Assembly: GCA_016937215.1 (NCBI GenBank)
Contig: JAFGWI010000033.1
Span: forward strand, 16,266-80,265
Origin: Spirochaetales bacterium
Lineage (GTDB): Bacteria; Spirochaetota; Spirochaetia; SZUA-6; JAFGRV01
DNA length: 64,000 bases
Reading direction: 5' to 3'
In this document: positions 59,549 to 64,000 of the stretch, piece by piece
Position numbering within the stretch: position 1 is the first letter of the stretch
Layout of the letters: every line of letters starts with the position of its first letter
The notes under the pieces: generated by a model
Told to the model about the DNA's origin: nothing
Seen by the model: only the letters and a program-made list of their open reading frames with translations
The model's database searches: none
Translations under genes and position numbers: made by a program

Positions 59549-60570
59549 GTTGCAGACCTCTTGGCTCTCTCATTCAGCATGGTTTCAGCTACCAGCAATA
59601 ACAAAGCAATAATCAGAAAAACCTGAAACTGCTCTTCATAACGCTTGATAGTCCGACTTTCCATTTCCTTTTTTTCAGCGCTGGCAACCAGTTTGATATA
59701 AATGCTGCCCAGATCAAAATTATTTGTTCCCACAGGGAGATATCGGCCGCCTGTCACATTAGCCATCTGGGTCAAGGTATCAGCATCCAGCTTGGTCAAA
59801 ACTTCCAGCTCCTGACCATTTTCATTTTTGGTGGTCAGGAATCCTCCGCCTTCTAAAGGAATTCGCTGTGCCTCGTTTTCATCACCCAGGCCAATGGTAA
59901 TAATTCGAACGCCGCGGTTCCCGGCATCCTCGGCTGCCTGGACGGGAAAGCTGTCATGATCTTCACCGTCTGTTATCAAAATAATATCCTTGAAGCGTTT
60001 TTCCTTGTCCTGAAAAACATCATCCATGGCTTTACGAACAGCATCGCCGATCAATGTCCCGCCGCGGGACACACTGTTTACTGAAATGGTATCGACCATA
60101 TAACGGAAAAAACCGTAATCCAGCGTTAAGGGGCATTTAACCACCGAGGTCCCGGCAAAGGCAATAAGGGCCACTCTGTCGCCTTGCAAGCGATCAACCG
60201 TATCAATAATGGCCAGCTTGGCGCGTTCCAATCGGTTTGGCGCCAAATCGGCAGCCAGCATACTCTTTGAAACATCCACGATAAACACAACATCCCTGCC
60301 GTAGCTCTGGATCTGCTGGGGCTTGGGGTTCCACCCCGGCCTGGCCAATCCGATTGTCATGAATATCACAGCCAGTGAAAACAAATACAGCTTCTGCCGC
60401 CTTCTCGCCGGAATAATGAAGGAATTAATCTTCTGAATAATCGCGGCATCAGCAAAGGCGTCCAGGGCCTTTTTTCTCTGAATTTGTTCATAAACAAAAA
60501 ATCCGATTACCAGGGGAATGGTCCATAAAAAGAAAAATCCCTGAACAAAACTAAAATGGATTCCGCTCAT
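59545..60570 (-). CDS. BatB-like VWA domain protein
   Basis: LARP, DVSKSM (MIDAS), PNRLERAK, PLTLD and ITDGED. Confidence 0.9.
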   Translation of the reverse strand: MSGIHFSFVQGFFFLWTIPLVIGFFVYEQIQRKKALDAFADAAIIQKINSFIIPARRRQKLYLFSLAVIFMTIGLARPGWNPKPQQIQSYGRDVVFIVDVSKSMLAADLAPNRLERAKLAIIDTVDRLQGDRVALIAFAGTSVVKCPLTLDYGFFRYMVDTISVNSVSRGGTLIGDAVRKAMDDVFQDKEKRFKDIILITDGEDHDSFPVQAAEDAGNRGVRIITIGLGDENEAQRIPLEGGGFLTTKNENGQELEVLTKLDADTLTQMANVTGGRYLPVGTNNFDLGSIYIKLVASAEKKEMESRTIKRYEEQFQVFLIIALLLLVAETMLNERAKRSAT

Positions 60571-61631
60571 GGTATCCTCCTGAATAGAGTCGCATTTAAT
60601 ATCCTTTCAGCGATTAACAAAGCCAAGGCAGCCATAAGGAAATACATAAAAAGTTCATAATAATCGAGAAAATGAATCGATTCGATTTCACTTTTTTCAA
60701 GATCATTGATTTCACGGTAAACATCCTGCAATGAAGCAATATCATCGGCTGTACGATAAAGCCCTCCGGTTTCTTCGGCCACGCTCTTTAATGTTGAACC
60801 TGTTAAAGGAGGCAAATAAGCCCGCTGCCGGCCAAACAAGGAATCCTGATACACATACCAGTCATCACCTGTCAAGCCAATGGAATAGATCTTAATCCCC
60901 CACTCCTTAGCCAGTTTGGCAGCAGCTAATGGTGTTCGCTTACCTATTCCCGTATCATCACCATCAGATAATAGAATAATCACCTTGCTTTTTATCTGAT
61001 AGTCAGTGTTTTTGTCAGCTGATTGTTGCTTAAGTGTTTCTTCCGCCTTGGCTAACCTGGCAGCTGCCAAAGCAATTCCATCGCCAATGGAAGTTCCATC
61101 TTCATCAGACCCTGGCACCACGGTTTTCATGTTCTTTATAAACTCATCCAAAGCACCATGAGACAAGGTAAGAGGACAAAGCGTTTCAGCATAACGGGCA
61201 AAGGCGACAAGGCCGACCAAATCATTGGGCCGGCCTTCGAGCCCCTGGTTATTCCCCATTACAAAATCACTAAAGGCTTTTTTAACCACATCAAGCCGGT
61301 CAATTTCACGCCCCTGAATCAGTTTTAAGGCCTGCATACTTGAAGAATGGTCAACTACCATTTCAATGGCCACCCCTTTTGAAATATCCCTGATAAATTC
61401 CTGTCCCGCTTGCGGCCGGGCAATGGCCAGAATGATTAAAGCCAGGGCGATTAATCGGAGAACATAGGGCAGCATAATCAAACGCTGTCGCAGCGAAGGT
61501 TCTATTTTAGGCAGGTTTTTTGTTGACGAAAATCGCAGGCCCGCGGGCTTGTGTTTCAAGCGCCTGAAAACCACAATCAAGGGAATAAGAAGCAGTAGCA
61601 GCAACGCCAGGGGTGATTCAAACTGAAACAT
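60567..61631 (-). CDS. BatA-like VWA domain protein
   Basis: FQFESP, IARPQ, DHSSSM, GTSIGDGI and LSDGD. Confidence 0.9.
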   Translation of the reverse strand: MFQFESPLALLLLLLIPLIVVFRRLKHKPAGLRFSSTKNLPKIEPSLRQRLIMLPYVLRLIALALIILAIARPQAGQEFIRDISKGVAIEMVVDHSSSMQALKLIQGREIDRLDVVKKAFSDFVMGNNQGLEGRPNDLVGLVAFARYAETLCPLTLSHGALDEFIKNMKTVVPGSDEDGTSIGDGIALAAARLAKAEETLKQQSADKNTDYQIKSKVIILLSDGDDTGIGKRTPLAAAKLAKEWGIKIYSIGLTGDDWYVYQDSLFGRQRAYLPPLTGSTLKSVAEETGGLYRTADDIASLQDVYREINDLEKSEIESIHFLDYYELFMYFLMAALALLIAERILNATLFRRIP

Positions 61632-62751
61632 CCTGTCCTCCTTCCACAACACCAGTCACTTCCTCGATGATATTAGAGTCATCAATTTCAACACGGGACT
61701 CGCTACTCTCGGTGGTTTGAATAAAATTCCTGGTGGAATTAAAGGTGTTCTGCACCTCAATATTGGAGGGCACATGCTCGGCGAATTTCACCTGATCGCA
61801 GTGGACCATGAAATCCTTGAGCAGGGCTTTTAACTCGGCATTCAAAATAGTGGAATCCTGAATCGATGCCATAAACTCTTCCGTTGTTTGCTCAGGCGCG
61901 TGGACCTGAAATCGGTTTTCGATGTAATGGCGCAGGATATCGTTGATCCGGTAATAAAACAGCTTTAATTCACCCTTTTCTATCAGATTTTCGGCCACCA
62001 AACGGCGAAGCTCTTCATATGCCAGCTCATGGGCTGCTATCGTGGGAACCGGTTTGTTCTTTTCCCTTTGATAACGCAGCCACAAAACAATAGCAACAGC
62101 CATTCCGGCACCCAGCAGCAAACCGCCAAGCACCCAGTAAAGCCAGGTCATATCAGGGGGCGGAGGATTCACCACGTCCTTGATATCAACCATCCGCATC
62201 TCTTCACGGCTTTCGGGCAATAAGGAACGAATCGTAATGTTGATAGGCTCAGTATTTAAAACATGGGCCTTTTCTTCGCCCTCTTCCTCGGTCCAGAATT
62301 TAATTTCAAGCGAAGGGATTGTGTATTCACCGGACAAAAAAGGCTCCAGCACAAAGCTCTTCACATACTCAAAACGGTCATCCTTTAAAAGCCTGGCCGT
62401 GGGTTCATCCACACTGACCAGGGTAAATTGGTTGGGATCATCCCGCCAGTCAGGAAGGTCGGCAAAATAGAGTTTATCGATTTTTAGATCCAGCTTCAAA
62501 TTCAACTTTTCCGCGATGGTGATGCTGTTTTTATCAACAAACACCTCTAACTCCGCGGGGCCTCGTTTATATGTTTTTGTAATGCTTTCAATTAACGGGG
62601 CCTTTTGCTCAGCATCAGCCTGTTCCTGCTCTTTTAAATCAGGAATATCTTCAAGTTTTTGTTCCTTTGAACAGGAGAAAAAAAGCAGAACCAGCAGCAG
62701 AACAAAACTACTGAGCCTGGGTCGGCGCTTTTTCAAAAACCAGTACATCAT
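61618..62751 (-). CDS. Bat-operon membrane/lipoprotein (BatD-like domain plus DUF4381-like TM region)
   Basis: FFSC, DIKD..PPP TM, ILRHYIE..EQTTEE and DQVKFA. Confidence 0.75.
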   Translation of the reverse strand: MMYWFLKKRRPRLSSFVLLLVLLFFSCSKEQKLEDIPDLKEQEQADAEQKAPLIESITKTYKRGPAELEVFVDKNSITIAEKLNLKLDLKIDKLYFADLPDWRDDPNQFTLVSVDEPTARLLKDDRFEYVKSFVLEPFLSGEYTIPSLEIKFWTEEEGEEKAHVLNTEPINITIRSLLPESREEMRMVDIKDVVNPPPPDMTWLYWVLGGLLLGAGMAVAIVLWLRYQREKNKPVPTIAAHELAYEELRRLVAENLIEKGELKLFYYRINDILRHYIENRFQVHAPEQTTEEFMASIQDSTILNAELKALLKDFMVHCDQVKFAEHVPSNIEVQNTFNSTRNFIQTTESSESRVEIDDSNIIEEVTGVVEGGQDVSV

Positions 62752-63742
62752 ATTCTTTCTCCAATTGTCCTAAAAAATTCTGCTGATATTCGCCTGCTTT
62801 CTGTGCTCGTAAATCCTGATAAACTTTTTCGATATTGCTCTCAAAAGAGCCATCATATTTATCGGTATTCTGATTGTAATAGGCTTCGGCGTCATCCTGG
62901 GTAATGGAAATATTTTCTTCCATTTTTTTGGCCAACAAACGCTGCCCCAGAATCTGCCGTTCCGAACTTTGCATCAAGGCTTTTGTGGCATCCTCATCGG
63001 CGATTTTTTCTTCACGCGCCCGGCGGTAAAGGACTTCTTCAACAATCATGCTGTTCAGAATTTCATAGCGATATTTATCATCGGAATACTGCTTGAATAA
63101 AAGGCGCTTTTGGTCTTCCCTCTGCTTGGGGTCCATCTTGATACCGCTCATGGTAAGCTGAAGTTCAACGAGCTGCTCGATTTTTCGGTCCACATCAGTA
63201 CGGGTAATTTTTTCAGGCCCGATTTTGGCCAGCACCTCATCGCCTGAAACCTGATCGACCATACCCACTCGCCGGGAAAGCTCTTTGCGCAGGGCCGCGA
63301 ATTTACCCATGGATTCCAGTGATTCCTGAATCCTGCGGGAGATTTCCTGAGTGATTTCCTTATTTTTATGAACCGATTCGGAAAGATAATAATGCTCCAG
63401 GGCTTTTTCATAATTACCGGCATCCTGGTAAATTTTCCCTATATTATAGAGGATATTGGCGCGCTCTTCGCGTGGCAAATCAGTACTCTGCATATAGGCC
63501 TCCCAGGCCTTCACAGCCGCGTCGTTAAGACTCTGGCTTTGAAACTTCAATGCCAAATCCTTTTGCTGACGTGAATCCAGATACGCCATGGATTCACCGG
63601 CGTCAAGCTGCTTTCCTGGAACAAGCTGCAACACCAGGGCCGCGCCGCTCAGCAAAATCAAAACCCCCAGCAGAATGATCACAACTGGCAGATTTCCCTT
63701 GTTTTTTTTGGGGGGTAAAGAAAAATCTATTTTATCGGACAT
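62708..63742 (-). CDS. Membrane-anchored TPR plus SurA/PrsA N-terminal-like protein
   Basis: TM, TPR (LYNIGKIYQDAGNYEKALEHY), VLAKIGPEKITRTD, MIVEEVLYRRA and ITQDDAEAYY. Confidence 0.7.
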   Translation of the reverse strand: MSDKIDFSLPPKKNKGNLPVVIILLGVLILLSGAALVLQLVPGKQLDAGESMAYLDSRQQKDLALKFQSQSLNDAAVKAWEAYMQSTDLPREERANILYNIGKIYQDAGNYEKALEHYYLSESVHKNKEITQEISRRIQESLESMGKFAALRKELSRRVGMVDQVSGDEVLAKIGPEKITRTDVDRKIEQLVELQLTMSGIKMDPKQREDQKRLLFKQYSDDKYRYEILNSMIVEEVLYRRAREEKIADEDATKALMQSSERQILGQRLLAKKMEENISITQDDAEAYYNQNTDKYDGSFESNIEKVYQDLRAQKAGEYQQNFLGQLEKEYDVLVFEKAPTQAQ

Positions 63743-63771
63743 GACTCTCTCCTCGACATTTTACTTTTTCA

Positions 63772-64000
63772 TTAAGCCCGCTTTTCGCGTTCCACAAAAA
63801 ACCGGGCAATGGTTTTCATATAATCTTCCTGAGTGCGGACGTCAATCTGGTCCACACCCATGGAACGGAAATTCTGCTTCAAGTCAGCGAGGCGCTGGGC
63901 TCCCTGCATGTTATAGTTTTTACGGGTCTTCATGCTGCCTGTGTCAATCATCACCAGCTCGCCTGTCTCGGCATCCTCCAGGGCAATTAAACCGCAGGGC
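63772..64000 (-). CDS. DUF58 family protein (3' part, truncated by the window)
   Basis: LEDAETGE...GVDQIDVRT..Y...RFF, the typical DUF58 C-terminus upstream of bat genes. Confidence 0.75.
   Translation of the reverse strand, partial: PCGLIALEDAETGELVMIDTGSMKTRKNYNMQGAQRLADLKQNFRSMGVDQIDVRTQEDYMKTIARFFVEREKRA

Overview
An AT-rich bacterial chromosomal window, most likely from a free-living or anaerobic Spirochaetia. That call is an inference from a Leptospira-type CimA, spirochete-style signal peptides and the repeat families present. From left to right it holds: part of an exopolysaccharide locus (priming sugar transferase with a degenerate GGDEF domain, CsgD/VpsT-like regulator, Wza/SLBB, Wzz); an MBL-cNMP protein; a complete type I Wadjet (jetABCD) anti-plasmid system; cimA; a radical-SAM DNA repair gene; a MacAB-TolC-type exporter with a divergent two-component system; a sigma54-driven periplasmic protein with an HK/NtrC pair; tRNA-Arg(CCT); galT; two GH10 xylanases; two dockerin-bearing enzymes; and a Bat (MoxR-associated VWA/TPR) operon. 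The most unusual signals are non-coding. First, nine copies plus one solo end of a ~150 bp structured element (Flavo-1-like) have covarying hairpins, and several are wrapped in a shared 13-15 bp terminal inverted repeat, suggesting a mobile structured element. One cargo-enlarged copy sits 30 bp upstream of jetA. Second, a complete, apparently leaderless Ile-codon attenuator lies in front of cimA. Third, three further repeat families occur. Among proteins, an 85-aa Sec-signal protein has a C-terminal helix resembling T3SS needle subunits. All family assignments come from motif recognition by eye; no database searches were run.
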